Source: Phreatobacter sp. (GTDB lineage: Bacteria; Pseudomonadota; Alphaproteobacteria; Rhizobiales; Phreatobacteraceae). Taken from it: a DNA stretch of 64,000 nt. The position numbers were made by a program, and so were the translations under genes. The first letter of the stretch is position 1. Every line of letters starts with the position of its first letter. Location: contig NZ_JAUYFA010000058.1 of the NCBI RefSeq assembly GCF_030691135.1, positions 1,620-65,619 on the forward strand, written 5' to 3'. Below the pieces are notes generated by a model, which was not told the origin of the DNA, made no database searches, and was given only the letters and a program-made list of their open reading frames with translations. Below are positions 46,535-56,735 of this stretch, piece after piece.

Positions 46535-47467
46535 GTGCAGCTTTACCTTCCGATCGCCGAATTGCCCGTCAACATGCTCCTCATCCTGGGCATGGGGCTG
46601 GCGATCGGCTTCATCTCCGGCATGTTCGGCGTCGGCGGCGGTTTCCTGCTGACACCGCTCCTCATCTTCATCGGCATACCGCCCGCCATCGCCGTCGCCA
46701 GCGTCTCCGGCCAGATCGCCGCCTCGTCCCTGTCGGGCACCCTGAGCTATTGGCGCAAGAATGCGGTGGATCCGAAACTGGTCGGTGTGCTGCTGATCGG
46801 CAGCGCCTTCGGCACGGCCGGCGGTGTCGCCGCCTTCTCGCTCCTCAGACGCGAAGGACAGCTCGACCTCTTCATCGCCCTGTCCTACGTCACGCTGCTC
46901 AGCGGCATCGGCATGCTGATGGTGGTCGAGAGCGGCCGGGCCATCGCCCGTTCGCGCTCGGGGGAGCCGCCGAAGCTGCTGCCGGCCCGGGATCGCAGGG
47001 TCGGCACCGGGCTGCCCTTCGTCATGCATTTCCCGCGGTCGCGCATCACCGTCTCGGCGATCCCGGTCGTCGGCATCGGGCTCGGGATCGGCTTCCTCGG
47101 TTCGATCATGGGGATCGGCGGCGGCTTTCTTCTCGTGCCGGCGCTCGTCTATCTCCTTCGGGTCTCGACGGCGGTGGTGATCGGCACGTCGAGCCTGCAG
47201 ACGCTGGTGACCATGCTGATGGCGGTGGTCTTCCATGCCGCCACCAACGCCTCGGTGGACGTCGTCCTCGCCCTCCTGTTGATGATCGGCGGCGTCGTCG
47301 GCGCCCAGTTCGGCGCCCGCACATCGCTGTCGATGAAGGGCGAGGAACTGCGCCTGCTGCTCGGTCTCGTCGTGCTCGCGGTCGGAATGCGCTTCCTCAT
47401 CGATCTCGTCGTTCGGCCCGACGACCCCTTCTCCAGCACGGTTTTGGAATGGGTGGTGCGGGTATGA
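46535..47467 (+). CDS. Sulfite exporter TauE/SafE (TSUP) family membrane protein
   Basis: LYLPIAE, duplicated GMFGVGGGFLLTP / GSIMGIGGGFLLVP, many TM helices. Confidence 0.9.
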   Translation: MQLYLPIAELPVNMLLILGMGLAIGFISGMFGVGGGFLLTPLLIFIGIPPAIAVASVSGQIAASSLSGTLSYWRKNAVDPKLVGVLLIGSAFGTAGGVAAFSLLRREGQLDLFIALSYVTLLSGIGMLMVVESGRAIARSRSGEPPKLLPARDRRVGTGLPFVMHFPRSRITVSAIPVVGIGLGIGFLGSIMGIGGGFLLVPALVYLLRVSTAVVIGTSSLQTLVTMLMAVVFHAATNASVDVVLALLLMIGGVVGAQFGARTSLSMKGEELRLLLGLVVLAVGMRFLIDLVVRPDDPFSSTVLEWVVRV

Positions 47468-48225
47468 GCCGCATCGTCCTCGTCATCTTGGTCCTGCTCA
47501 CGGTCGTGCCCGCCCGGGCCGAGACGATGATCACCTCGCTCTCCACCCACCGGCTGCAGATCACGTCCAATTTCGTCGGATCCGAGATCGTCCTGTTCGG
47601 CTCGATCGAGCGCGATGCGCAGACGATCTCCCGTCCCGGCGGCTATGACATGGCCGTCGTCGTCCGCGGCCCCCGCGCGTTGATGGTCACGCGGCAGAAG
47701 ACCCGCTTCTTCGGCATCTGGGTCAACACCGATTCCCGCCAGTTCGTCGAGATGCCGGCCTTCTATGCGCTGCTGTCGAACAAAGCCGCTGCCGACCTTG
47801 CCGATATTGAATTGCGGGCGCGCCAGCAGATCGGCGTCGACTCGCTCACCGCCATCACCCCACGGCTCGGACCCGATCCCGCGGCGACCCCGGCTTTCCG
47901 CGACGCCCTGCTGCGGATCAACCGCGCCAAGGGTCTCTATCGCGAGAACCCCACCGGCGTGACCTTCCTCACCCCCAACCTGTTTCGTGCCAACATCCCC
48001 ATTGTTCCGAACACGCCGGTCGGTTCTTTCGACGTCGACATCTTCCTGATGTCCGGCGGCGTTATCCTCGCCCGCGAGAGTACGAACTTCGAAGTGACGA
48101 AGACCGGATTCGAGGCCTTCGTCGCCAATGCGGCCCGCGATCACGGTGTTCTTTATGGACTCGCCGCCGCCATGCTCGCCCTGTTCACGGGGTGGGCGGC
48201 GAGCGTCGTCTTCCGGCGCGATTGA
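47464..48225 (+). CDS. TIGR02186 family conserved membrane-anchored protein
   Basis: Signal peptide, ITSNFVGSEIVLFG, GIWVN, LFRA, KTGFE and a C-terminal TM. Usual position downstream of TSUP. Confidence 0.85.
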   Translation: MSRIVLVILVLLTVVPARAETMITSLSTHRLQITSNFVGSEIVLFGSIERDAQTISRPGGYDMAVVVRGPRALMVTRQKTRFFGIWVNTDSRQFVEMPAFYALLSNKAAADLADIELRARQQIGVDSLTAITPRLGPDPAATPAFRDALLRINRAKGLYRENPTGVTFLTPNLFRANIPIVPNTPVGSFDVDIFLMSGGVILARESTNFEVTKTGFEAFVANAARDHGVLYGLAAAMLALFTGWAASVVFRRD

Positions 48226-48290
48226 GATGACCCCCGGGATCGTGTTCTCGCCGGCGGGACGGGCAGCACGATCAAGGCAGGGACGCGCCA

Positions 48291-49613
48291 GTGGGTGATG
48301 ACATCGACACCGGGTGGAACGAAGGGTGGCTCGGCACCCTGTTCCTCTATGGGGCCGGAGCCTTGCTCGCGCTGATCCTCGCAGCGGCGGGCGATCTGGC
48401 CTTGCCCTATGCCACCGGAGCCGGACTCGCCCTGGTGGGAGCCGGCACGTTCGTCCGCCGCCGCCCGCGCGTCCGCGCGCCGATGGAAGACGACGTTATG
48501 GCCCGGCGCGCCGCGCGGCTGACGGACCTCTCGGTCGAGGGCCTCATGGCGGCGCTGCCCGTTCCCGCCATCCTCCTCGACCCGAAACTGGTGGTGCGCA
48601 CCCACAATGCCCGCGCCGCGACACTGCTGCCCAGCCTCAGACGCGGCGAGCCGCTGACTCTGTCGCTCAGAGCGCCCGAAGTGGTCGAGATCGTGCGGCG
48701 CGCCGTTGCCAGCAACAGCCCCCAGGTCATCGATTATTCCGAACGGGTTCCTGTCGCGCGCTGGTTCAGCGTCGAGGCGACGCCGGTCGCCGTCACGCCG
48801 GAAGCGCGGGACGGCGGCCGCGCCGATTTCATCCTCCTGTCCCTTCGCGATCTCACCGAGGAGCGCCGCCTCGAACAGTTGCGGGCCGATTTCGTCGCCA
48901 ATGCCAGCCACGAGCTGCGCACGCCGCTTGCTTCCGTCGTCGGCTTCATCGAGACCATTCAGGGACCCGCCCGCAACGATCCTGACGCCCGCGAGCGGTT
49001 TCTCGGCATCATGCTGGCCCAGGCCCGCCGCATGTCGCGGCTGATCGACGACCTGCTCTCGCTGTCGCGAATCGAGCTCAACGAACATGTTCAGCCCGTC
49101 ACCGTGGTCGACCTGGTGCAGCTGCTGCGCCATGTGCGCGACACGCTGGGGCCCTATGCGAAGGCGCAGGGGGTGTCGGTGGAGATCGAGGCGGGGGAGG
49201 CGACCCTGCCGGTCAAGGGCGATCAGGACGAACTCATCAGGCTCTTCGAGAACCTCGTGCAGAACGCCATCAAATACGGCGCCGAGGGGGGGCGGGTCGA
49301 CATCGCCCTGGCCCGCGAGAACCGGAACGGCCGCGGCGCCGAGGCCGTTGTCAGCGTGCGCGACCATGGCCCGGGCATCCCAACCGAGCATCTGCCGCGT
49401 CTGACCGAGCGATTCTACCGTGTCGACATCGCCTCGAGCCGGGAAAAAGGCGGTACGGGTCTGGGCCTCGCCCTCGTCAAGCACATCCTCAACCGTCACC
49501 GCGGCCGGCTCGCCATCGAGAGCGTCCAGGGCGAGGGGGCGACCTTCACCGTGCGGATCGAGGCCGCCGACCGTGGCGAGGATGCCGGCGCGCCCGTCTC
49601 GACCGCGTCCTGA
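48291..49613 (+). CDS. phoR: Phosphate regulon sensor histidine kinase
   Basis: DFVANASHELRTPL, NLVQNAIKYG, HLPRLTERFYRVD, GGTGLGLA. Upstream of phoU-phoB. Confidence 0.9.
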   Translation: MGDDIDTGWNEGWLGTLFLYGAGALLALILAAAGDLALPYATGAGLALVGAGTFVRRRPRVRAPMEDDVMARRAARLTDLSVEGLMAALPVPAILLDPKLVVRTHNARAATLLPSLRRGEPLTLSLRAPEVVEIVRRAVASNSPQVIDYSERVPVARWFSVEATPVAVTPEARDGGRADFILLSLRDLTEERRLEQLRADFVANASHELRTPLASVVGFIETIQGPARNDPDARERFLGIMLAQARRMSRLIDDLLSLSRIELNEHVQPVTVVDLVQLLRHVRDTLGPYAKAQGVSVEIEAGEATLPVKGDQDELIRLFENLVQNAIKYGAEGGRVDIALARENRNGRGAEAVVSVRDHGPGIPTEHLPRLTERFYRVDIASSREKGGTGLGLALVKHILNRHRGRLAIESVQGEGATFTVRIEAADRGEDAGAPVSTAS

Positions 49614-49697
49614 CGACGCTGTGTGCCGCGATTGCGGATGCGTTCTGCCGCCAATTTGTCGCAACATCGGCAAGGCATTGAAAAAAATACGCAATCG

Positions 49698-49737
49698 GTG
49701 TCATTGATGCGTCACCTGACGGGCATAGAACCGTCGC
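49698..49737 (+). promoter_or_regulatory. Tandem Pho boxes
   Basis: Four 7-mers at exact 11-bp spacing: GTGTCAT 49698, GCGTCAC 49709, CGGGCAT 49720, CCGTCGC 49731 (consensus CTGTCAT-N4), preceded by an A-tract. Confidence 0.78.
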
Positions 49738-49787
49738 GGCGCAGGGTTATTCAACAAGTCCCTTTCGCCCTCTCGCAGGAGCCTGCC

Positions 49788-50495
49788 ATGACCGAACATA
49801 CCGTGAGCGCCTTCGAGAACGACCTCAAAGGCCTGGCACAGCGCGTGGCCGAGATGGGCGGACTGACCGAAAAGCAGATTGTCGGCTGCATCGACGCCCT
49901 CATTCGCAGCGATTTCGAGCTTGCGCGCCAAGTGCGCTCGGTCGATCCGCAGATCGACGCCCTGCAGCGCGAGATCGAGGAACTCGGCATCCTCATCATC
50001 GCCAAGCGCCAGCCGATGGCCGTCGACCTTCGTGAGATCGTCGGTGCCCTGCGCATCGCCTCCGATCTGGAGCGGATCGCCGATCTCGCCAAGAACATCG
50101 CCAAGCGCGTCACCGCGATGAATGGCTCGGTTCCGCTGGCCAAGGTGACCGGCGGCTTCGACGCCATGGCCCGTCTCGCTCTCGAGCGCGTCAAGCAGGT
50201 GCTCGACGCCTATGCCCAGCGTGACGTTGTGGCGGCGCTCGACGTCTGGAAGTCCGACGGCGACATCGACGCGCTTTACAACTCGCTGTTCCGCGAGCTC
50301 CTCACCTACATGCTCGAAGATCCGCGCAATATCGGCTCCTGCACGCATCTCCTGTTCTGCGCGAAGAATCTCGAGCGGATCGGCGATCACGCCACCAACA
50401 TCGCAGAGACCGTTCATTACATGGTCAAGGGCGTCACCTTGCCCGACGAGCGTCCGAAACTCGACACCACGACGATGGCAACGGTCGGCCTCTGA
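49788..50495 (+). CDS. phoU: Phosphate signaling complex protein PhoU
   Basis: AKRQPMAVDLR, DLERIADLAKNIAKR, KNLERIGDHATNIAE. AGGAG RBS. Confidence 0.96.
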   Translation: MTEHTVSAFENDLKGLAQRVAEMGGLTEKQIVGCIDALIRSDFELARQVRSVDPQIDALQREIEELGILIIAKRQPMAVDLREIVGALRIASDLERIADLAKNIAKRVTAMNGSVPLAKVTGGFDAMARLALERVKQVLDAYAQRDVVAALDVWKSDGDIDALYNSLFRELLTYMLEDPRNIGSCTHLLFCAKNLERIGDHATNIAETVHYMVKGVTLPDERPKLDTTTMATVGL

Positions 50496-50525
50496 TCGCA
50501 GCACCGGGCAAACAAGGACATCTCC

Positions 50526-51230
50526 ATGACCGCACGCATTCTGGTGGTCGAGGACGAGGAGCCGATCACGGTTCTTCTGCGCTACAATCTGGAAGCCGAG
50601 GGCTATCAGGTCGAAGTCGTCGGCCGCGGTGACGAGGCCGAGGTGCGGCTTCGCGAAGCGGTTCCCGACCTTGTCCTTCTCGACTGGATGTTGCCTGGCC
50701 TGTCCGGCATCGAACTGTGCCGCCGCATCCGCCTGCGCCCCGAGACCGAGCGTCTGCCGGTGATCATGCTCACCGCCCGCGGTGAAGAGGGCGAACGGGT
50801 GAGGGGGCTCGCCATCGGTGCCGACGACTATGTGGTCAAGCCGTTCTCCGTTCCGGAACTGCTGGCACGGGTCCGTGCGCTCTTGCGCCGTGCCAAGCCT
50901 GAACACCTGTCGAGCCTCCTGAAGTCGGGAGACATCGAGCTGGACCGCGAGACCCGCCGCGTTCATCGCGCCGGTCGCGAAATCAACCTCGGCCCGACCG
51001 AGTTCAGGCTGCTCGAATTCCTGATGCAGTCACCCGGCCGTGTCTACACGCGCGAACAGCTGCTCGACGGCGTCTGGGGCCGCGACGTCTATATCGACGA
51101 GCGCACCGTGGACGTCCATATCGGCCGGCTGCGCAAGGCGGTGAAGCGCGGCCGCGAGGCGGACCCGATCCGCACGGTCCGCGGCTCCGGCTACTCGTTC
51201 AACGAGCGCTTTGCCGGCGTGGCAGCCTGA
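50526..51230 (+). CDS. phoB: Phosphate regulon response regulator PhoB
   Basis: LLDWMLP, LTARGEE, LGPTEFRLL, ERTVDVHIGRLRK, IRTVRG. Confidence 0.96.
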   Translation: MTARILVVEDEEPITVLLRYNLEAEGYQVEVVGRGDEAEVRLREAVPDLVLLDWMLPGLSGIELCRRIRLRPETERLPVIMLTARGEEGERVRGLAIGADDYVVKPFSVPELLARVRALLRRAKPEHLSSLLKSGDIELDRETRRVHRAGREINLGPTEFRLLEFLMQSPGRVYTREQLLDGVWGRDVYIDERTVDVHIGRLRKAVKRGREADPIRTVRGSGYSFNERFAGVAA

Positions 51231-51236
51231 TCGGCG

Positions 51237-53054
51237 TCACGCCTCGAGGCTTTCCTTCAGCATTTCAAGTTCCAGCCAGCGGTCCTCGGCGGCAGACATG
51301 TCGCCCTGCGCCTTGGTCATCGACGCACTCGCGCGGTCGAAGGCGGCGCGGTCGCGCGCATAGAGTGCGGGATCGGCGAGGATCGCCTGCAGCTTTGCGA
51401 TGTCGCGCTGCAGCGCTTCCATCCGCGCCGGCAGCGTGTCGAGGTCGTGCTTGTCCTTGAACGACATCTTGCGGCGGGTTGGCTCGGCCTGCGGCTCGGT
51501 CCTGACTGCTGTCGGTGACGTCGCCTCGCCCTTGGCGGCCCTCGCGACGGTGCGCGCCGCGATCCCCGCACCGCGCTGGTTCAGCATGTCGGAATAGCCG
51601 CCGGCATATTCCACCCAGCGCCCGTTCCCCTCGCTGACGAGCACCGAGGTACAGACCCGGTCGAGGAAGTCGCGGTCATGCGAGACGAGAATGACCGTGC
51701 CGGGAAAGTCCGTGAGCATTTCCTGCAGCAGGTCGAGCGTCTCGAGGTCGAGATCGTTGGTCGGCTCGTCGAGCACCAGCACATTGGCGGGCGAGGCGAG
51801 CGCCCGCGCGAGCAGCAGGCGACCGCGCTCGCCGCCCGACAGGACGCCGACCGGCGTGCCCTTCTGCTCCGGCGAGAAGAGGAAGTCCTTCATGTAGCCG
51901 ATGACATGGCGGTTCTCGCCGTTGATGGTGACATAGTCGCCGCGCCCGCGCGTCAGGGCCTCCGTCAGCGGCATGGCGGGATCGAGGTCCTCGCGCTTCT
52001 GGTCGAGCGTCGCCATGGCGAGGTTGGTGCCGAGGTCGATCGTGCCGGAATCGGGAGCCAGCGTCCCCGTCAGCAACTGGACCAGCGTCGTCTTGCCAGC
52101 GCCATTCGGCCCGACAATGCCGAGCCGGTCACCGCGCAGGATCCGGATCGTCAGATCGTCGACGATCGTCCGGTCGCCGTAGTGCTTGGAAATGCCGCGG
52201 GCCTCGACGACGCGCTTGCCCGAGACTTCCGCCTCGCTCACGGTCATCGACACCGTGCCGACCGCCTTGCGGTGCTCGCGGAAATCCTTGCGCAGGGCAT
52301 GGAGGTTCCCGAGACGGCGGACGTTGCGCTTGCGCCGGGCCGAGACGCCATAGCGCAGCCAGTGTTCCTCGCGGGCGATCTGCCGGTCGAGCTTGTGCTG
52401 ATCCTTCTCCTCCTGCTCCAGCACCTCGTCGCGCCAGGCCTCGAAATGGCCGAAGCCCTTGTCGAGGCGCCGCGTCGTGCCGCGGTCGAGCCAGACCGTG
52501 GCGCGCGACAGCGTCTCGAGGAAGCGGCGGTCATGGCTGATCATGACGATGGCGCAGGAGAGGCGTCGCAGCGTCTTCTCCAGCCACTCGATGGCGGGAA
52601 GGTCGAGATGGTTGGTCGGCTCGTCGAGAATCAGGATGTCGGGTTCCGGCGCGATGGCATGGGCCAGCGCCGCGCGCTTGGCCTCGCCCCCCGAGAGCGA
52701 GGTTGTGCCCTCCTCGCCGGTCAGGCCTAGGTCTTCCAGCAGCATGCGCGCGCGATAGGGGTCGTCGCTCGGCCCGAGCCCGCTTTCGACATAGGCGAGC
52801 GTCGTCGGGAAGGCGGAAAGGTCCGGCTCCTGCAGGAGATAGCGGATCGTCGCGCCCGGCTGGGCGAAACGGCTGCCGCCGTCCGTCTCGATCAGGCCGG
52901 CGGCGATCTTGAGCAGCGTCGACTTGCCCGAGCCGTTGCGGCCGACCAAGGCGAGCCGGTCGCCGGCCTCGACGGAGAGGTTCGCCGCGGTCAGCAGCGG
53001 CGTGCCGCCGAAGGTCAGGGCGATGTCTTGGAGTTGCAGAAGGGGAGGAGCCAT
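51237..53054 (-). CDS. uup: ABC-F family ATPase (Uup-like)
   Basis: Two ABC domains (GRNGSGKST, GPNGAGKTT, DEPTN twice), ARRKRN linker, C-terminal coiled coil ending RWLELE. Confidence 0.85.
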   Translation of the reverse strand: MAPPLLQLQDIALTFGGTPLLTAANLSVEAGDRLALVGRNGSGKSTLLKIAAGLIETDGGSRFAQPGATIRYLLQEPDLSAFPTTLAYVESGLGPSDDPYRARMLLEDLGLTGEEGTTSLSGGEAKRAALAHAIAPEPDILILDEPTNHLDLPAIEWLEKTLRRLSCAIVMISHDRRFLETLSRATVWLDRGTTRRLDKGFGHFEAWRDEVLEQEEKDQHKLDRQIAREEHWLRYGVSARRKRNVRRLGNLHALRKDFREHRKAVGTVSMTVSEAEVSGKRVVEARGISKHYGDRTIVDDLTIRILRGDRLGIVGPNGAGKTTLVQLLTGTLAPDSGTIDLGTNLAMATLDQKREDLDPAMPLTEALTRGRGDYVTINGENRHVIGYMKDFLFSPEQKGTPVGVLSGGERGRLLLARALASPANVLVLDEPTNDLDLETLDLLQEMLTDFPGTVILVSHDRDFLDRVCTSVLVSEGNGRWVEYAGGYSDMLNQRGAGIAARTVARAAKGEATSPTAVRTEPQAEPTRRKMSFKDKHDLDTLPARMEALQRDIAKLQAILADPALYARDRAAFDRASASMTKAQGDMSAAEDRWLELEMLKESLEA

Positions 53055-53125
53055 GGCCCGCCGTCTAGCATCCTTGGACGAGCTGTGCACGCTGGGACCT
53101 GACGATTCTCCTGCCGGGGCCTGTC

Positions 53126-53719
53126 ATGCGCATGCTGGTGATCTACTGCCATCCCTGTCCCGAGAGCTTCACCGCCGCCCTGCGCGACCGGGCGCTGGCC
53201 GCCCTCGCCGCAGCGGGTCACGAGATCAGGCTGATCGATCTCTACGGCGAGGGTTTCGATCCCGTCATGGATGCCGGTGAGCGGCGCGCCTATCACACCG
53301 CCGGCGCCAACGAGGCGCCCGTCGCCGCCCATCTCGACGCCCTGCGCTGGGCGGAAGGGCTGCTCTTCGTCTATCCGACCTGGTGGTACGGGCTGCCGGC
53401 CATGCTGAAGGGCTGGCTCGACCGCGTCTGGGTGCCGCATGCGACTTTCACCATGCCCGAGGCCGGCAAGCCGATCGGCCGCGTGCTGACGCAGATCCGC
53501 TTCATCGGTGCGGTCTCGACGCTCGGCTCGCCCTGGTGGTGGTGGCGTCTCGTGATGTCTGAGCCCGGCCGCCGGACCCTGCTCCGCGGCCTCCGCCCCC
53601 TCGTCGCCCCGCGCTGCCGCACGCTGTGGCTGGGGCTGCACGGCATCGACGGTGCCGGTACCGACCTGCGCACAGGATTTCTGCAGAAGGTCGAGCGCCG
53701 GCTCGCGGCGCTGCGCTGA
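53126..53719 (+). CDS. Flavodoxin_2 NAD(P)H-dependent oxidoreductase (paralog of 28712-29296)
   Basis: YCHPCPESF, DLYGEGFDPVM, YPTWWYGLPAMLKGWLDR. Confidence 0.9.
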   Translation: MRMLVIYCHPCPESFTAALRDRALAALAAAGHEIRLIDLYGEGFDPVMDAGERRAYHTAGANEAPVAAHLDALRWAEGLLFVYPTWWYGLPAMLKGWLDRVWVPHATFTMPEAGKPIGRVLTQIRFIGAVSTLGSPWWWWRLVMSEPGRRTLLRGLRPLVAPRCRTLWLGLHGIDGAGTDLRTGFLQKVERRLAALR

Positions 53720-53722
53720 GCC

Positions 53723-54673
53723 TCAGTCGAACAGGCTCGACACGCTTTCCTCGCTCGCCGTGCGGGCGATGGCCTCGCCGATGAGGCTGGCGATCGATAG
53801 CGTGCGGATGTTGCGGGCGACCCGGACCGCCTCGGTCGGCTGGATGGAATCGGTGATCACCAGTTCCTTCAGTTTCGAGGCGGTGATGCGGGCGACGGCG
53901 CCGCCCGACAGCACGCCATGGGTGATGTAGGCCGAGACGTCCTTGGCGCCGCGCGCCAGCAGCGCCTCGGCGGCGTTGACCAGCGTGCCGCCGGAATCGA
54001 CGATGTCGTCGACGAGGATGCAGCTCTTGCCCTCGACGTCACCGATGACGTTCATCACCTCGCTCTCGCCCGGGCGCTCACGGCGCTTGTCGACGATGGC
54101 GAGCAGTGCGTCGATGCGTTTGGCGAGCGCGCGCGCGCGCACCACGCCGCCGACGTCCGGCGAAACCACCATCACGTCCTCGATGCTGCGGCTTTCCCGG
54201 ATGTCCTTCGCCAGCAGCGGCGCGGCGACCAGGATGTCGGTGGGGATGTCGAAGAAGCCCTGGATCTGCCCGGCATGGAGATCGAGCGTCATGACGCGAT
54301 CGGCGCCGGAGCGCGTGATCAGGTTGGCGACGAGCTTGGCGGAGATCGGCGTCCGCGAGCCGGACCGGCGGTCCTGGCGGGCATAACCGAAATAAGGGAT
54401 CACCGCGGTGATGCGCTTGGCCGAGGAGCGACGCAGCGCGTCACAGATGATCAGCAGCTCCATCAGATGGTCGTTGGTCGGATACGATGTCGACTGGACG
54501 ACATAGACGTCCTCGCCGCGCACGTTCTCCTGAATTTCGACGAAGATTTCCATATCCGCGAAACGGCGGACGGAGGCCTTGGCCGGGGGCGTGTTGAGAT
54601 AGGCCCCGATCGCGTCGGCGAGCGGCCGGTTGGAATTGCCGGAAACGATCTTGATCCCGGGTTTTCGCGACAT
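53723..54673 (-). CDS. prs: Ribose-phosphate pyrophosphokinase
   Basis: [39 protein letters not shown]. Confidence 0.97.
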   Translation of the reverse strand: MSRKPGIKIVSGNSNRPLADAIGAYLNTPPAKASVRRFADMEIFVEIQENVRGEDVYVVQSTSYPTNDHLMELLIICDALRRSSAKRITAVIPYFGYARQDRRSGSRTPISAKLVANLITRSGADRVMTLDLHAGQIQGFFDIPTDILVAAPLLAKDIRESRSIEDVMVVSPDVGGVVRARALAKRIDALLAIVDKRRERPGESEVMNVIGDVEGKSCILVDDIVDSGGTLVNAAEALLARGAKDVSAYITHGVLSGGAVARITASKLKELVITDSIQPTEAVRVARNIRTLSIASLIGEAIARTASEESVSSLFD

Positions 54674-54831
54674 GAGGCAGCTCTCGGGGCAGCGATGAAG
54701 GCGCCCTCATAGCAACCGAACCCCCGCGCTACAATGCCGCGCGCGCCTTACCCACCTGGCCATCAACAGGGTGTGACGCCTGGGTGACGCGGAAAAGGCC
54801 GTATCGTGCCGCGGTGCGATACGAACGCGGC

Positions 54832-55599
54832 TCAGGTGGCCAGGGCGATGCCGGCGATATGCCGGCCGTAGTCTGGCTCCTTGCGGTGGGTGGTGCGCCG
54901 GTAGGAGTAGAAGCGCGCCTCGTCCGCATAGGTGTCGAGGCGCAGGTCGTCGAGATGGACGATGCCGGCGGCCGACAGCCTGGCGGAGATGAAGCCCGGC
55001 AGGTCGAACTGGGCATGGCCCGGCCGGCCTGGGGCGAAGAACCGGGCATAGGCCTCGTCGGTGCCGCGGAACTGGTCGACGAAGGCCTGCGAGACCTCGT
55101 AACTCGGCTGCCGGATCAGAGGGCCGATGGCGACGCTGATGCGGGAGCGGTGGGCGCCGAGCCCTTCCATCGCCGCGATGGTAGCCTCAAGGACCCCGCC
55201 GATGGCCCCCTTCCAGCCGGCATGGGCGGCGCCGACCACGCCCGCCGCGGCATCGGCGAAGAGCACTGGTCCGCAGTCGGCGGCGGCGACGCCGCAGGCG
55301 ATGCCGGGCACCCGCGTCACCACCGCATCGGCTTTGGGCCGGTCGCCGCCGTCATGGGGCCTGTCCGCAATGATGACGTCGGGCGAATGGATCTGGAAAC
55401 AGGAGATCAGGGCATTGTCGGCGACGCCCAGCGTGGCGGCCATGCGGCGGCGGTTCTCGCGCACGTTCCCGCCGTCGTCCCCCGAGCCGAGCCCCGCATT
55501 GAGCGAGGCGTAGAGCCCCTCCGACACGCCCCCCTCGCGGGTGAAGAAGGCATGGCGAATGCCGGGCAGGGCGGCGAGGGCGGGCGAGGTCACGAACAT
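54832..55599 (-). CDS. pgeF: Peptidoglycan editing factor PgeF (YfiH/laccase-domain protein)
   Basis: FFTREGGVS, QIHS, ADCGPVL, AHAGWKG, FYSYRR. Confidence 0.92.
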   Translation of the reverse strand: MFVTSPALAALPGIRHAFFTREGGVSEGLYASLNAGLGSGDDGGNVRENRRRMAATLGVADNALISCFQIHSPDVIIADRPHDGGDRPKADAVVTRVPGIACGVAAADCGPVLFADAAAGVVGAAHAGWKGAIGGVLEATIAAMEGLGAHRSRISVAIGPLIRQPSYEVSQAFVDQFRGTDEAYARFFAPGRPGHAQFDLPGFISARLSAAGIVHLDDLRLDTYADEARFYSYRRTTHRKEPDYGRHIAGIALAT

Positions 55600-55652
55600 G
55601 GGCAAAGCGAAATCTGCTTCGCGCGCCGGTGTCAATCGGCGCCGCGCAGACG

Positions 55653-56735
55653 TCAGGCGAGCCGCGGCAGCCGGTCGAGGAGATCGCGCGACGAGGCCAC
55701 CGCCATCGCCTTGAACAGCGATCCCATGCCGGCAGGGGCCGGATCGATCAGCCGCTCGACCCCGGCCCGCAGCGTCTCGAACGCGTCCGGGCGGCTTTGA
55801 GCGAGACGTTCCGCCCGCTCGCGGAGACCGAGGCCGAAGAGCAGGGCGCGCTGGTCGACGGCGGGCGAGGCCGCAAGGCCCGAGGCAACGGCGGCCGCCG
55901 CGAAAGCCTCGAAATCGACATGGGCGGTGATGTCCGCCTCTCCCGGCGCGGCCAGGGGATCGGTGAAGCGATGCGCCTGTACCGCCTGCAGCGTCTCGCC
56001 ATGGGCCGATGCGACATGGCCATAATCGATGAAGAGGCCGGCCAGAGGAGCGCGCCTGGCGGCGAGGCCGGCCGCGAGGTGATGGAAGGCCGGACAGATC
56101 TCGACGACCGCCCCTGGCTCTCCCTGGCGGAGCGCGGCGGGGATGAGCGCTTGCGGCACGGGATCGCGGGCGAGGCCGAAGGCGAGCGCTCCGTCGACGA
56201 GCCCGACGACACGCTCGCGCCAGCCGGCGGCAGTCATGACGAATTGCCGGATCGGCAGGGCGTCGAGAAACTCGTTGGCGACGAGAATGGCGGGCCCGGG
56301 CGGGACGGTCGAGAGGTCGCGATGCCAGGCGAGCGGTACACTCGCCGCGCTCAGCACCTCATTCTGCCGCGCCGCGAGCACGGGCGAGGTCTCGACCAGA
56401 TGCACCGAGAGGGCCGCCCGAAAGGCTGGCAGCGCCTCTGCCGCGCGCAGGAGATCGGCCATCAGCGTGCCGCGCCCCGGCCCGAACTCGACGAGGGCGA
56501 CGGCCGCCGGCCGGCCCAACGCCTCCCAGGCGCTGGCCGCCCAGACGCCGGTCAGCTCGCCGAAGACCTGGCAGATCTCCGGCGCGGTGATGAAGTCTCC
56601 GGCGGCGCCGAAGGGGTCACGCGTCATGTAGTAGCCGTGGCGCGGGTGACCCAGCGCCAGCGCCATGAAACGGTCGACGGGCAGGGGTCCTTCCGTCGCA
56701 ATGAGCGCCTTCAGCTCCGCCGCCAACGGCGTCAT
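55653..56735 (-). CDS. Class I SAM-dependent methyltransferase, NDUFAF7/MidA family
   Basis: GYYMTRDPFGAAGDFITAPE, EFGPGRGTL, ANEFLDALP, IDYG, DITAHVDF. ATGA overlap with lgt. Confidence 0.92.
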   Translation of the reverse strand: MTPLAAELKALIATEGPLPVDRFMALALGHPRHGYYMTRDPFGAAGDFITAPEICQVFGELTGVWAASAWEALGRPAAVALVEFGPGRGTLMADLLRAAEALPAFRAALSVHLVETSPVLAARQNEVLSAASVPLAWHRDLSTVPPGPAILVANEFLDALPIRQFVMTAAGWRERVVGLVDGALAFGLARDPVPQALIPAALRQGEPGAVVEICPAFHHLAAGLAARRAPLAGLFIDYGHVASAHGETLQAVQAHRFTDPLAAPGEADITAHVDFEAFAAAAVASGLAASPAVDQRALLFGLGLRERAERLAQSRPDAFETLRAGVERLIDPAPAGMGSLFKAMAVASSRDLLDRLPRLA

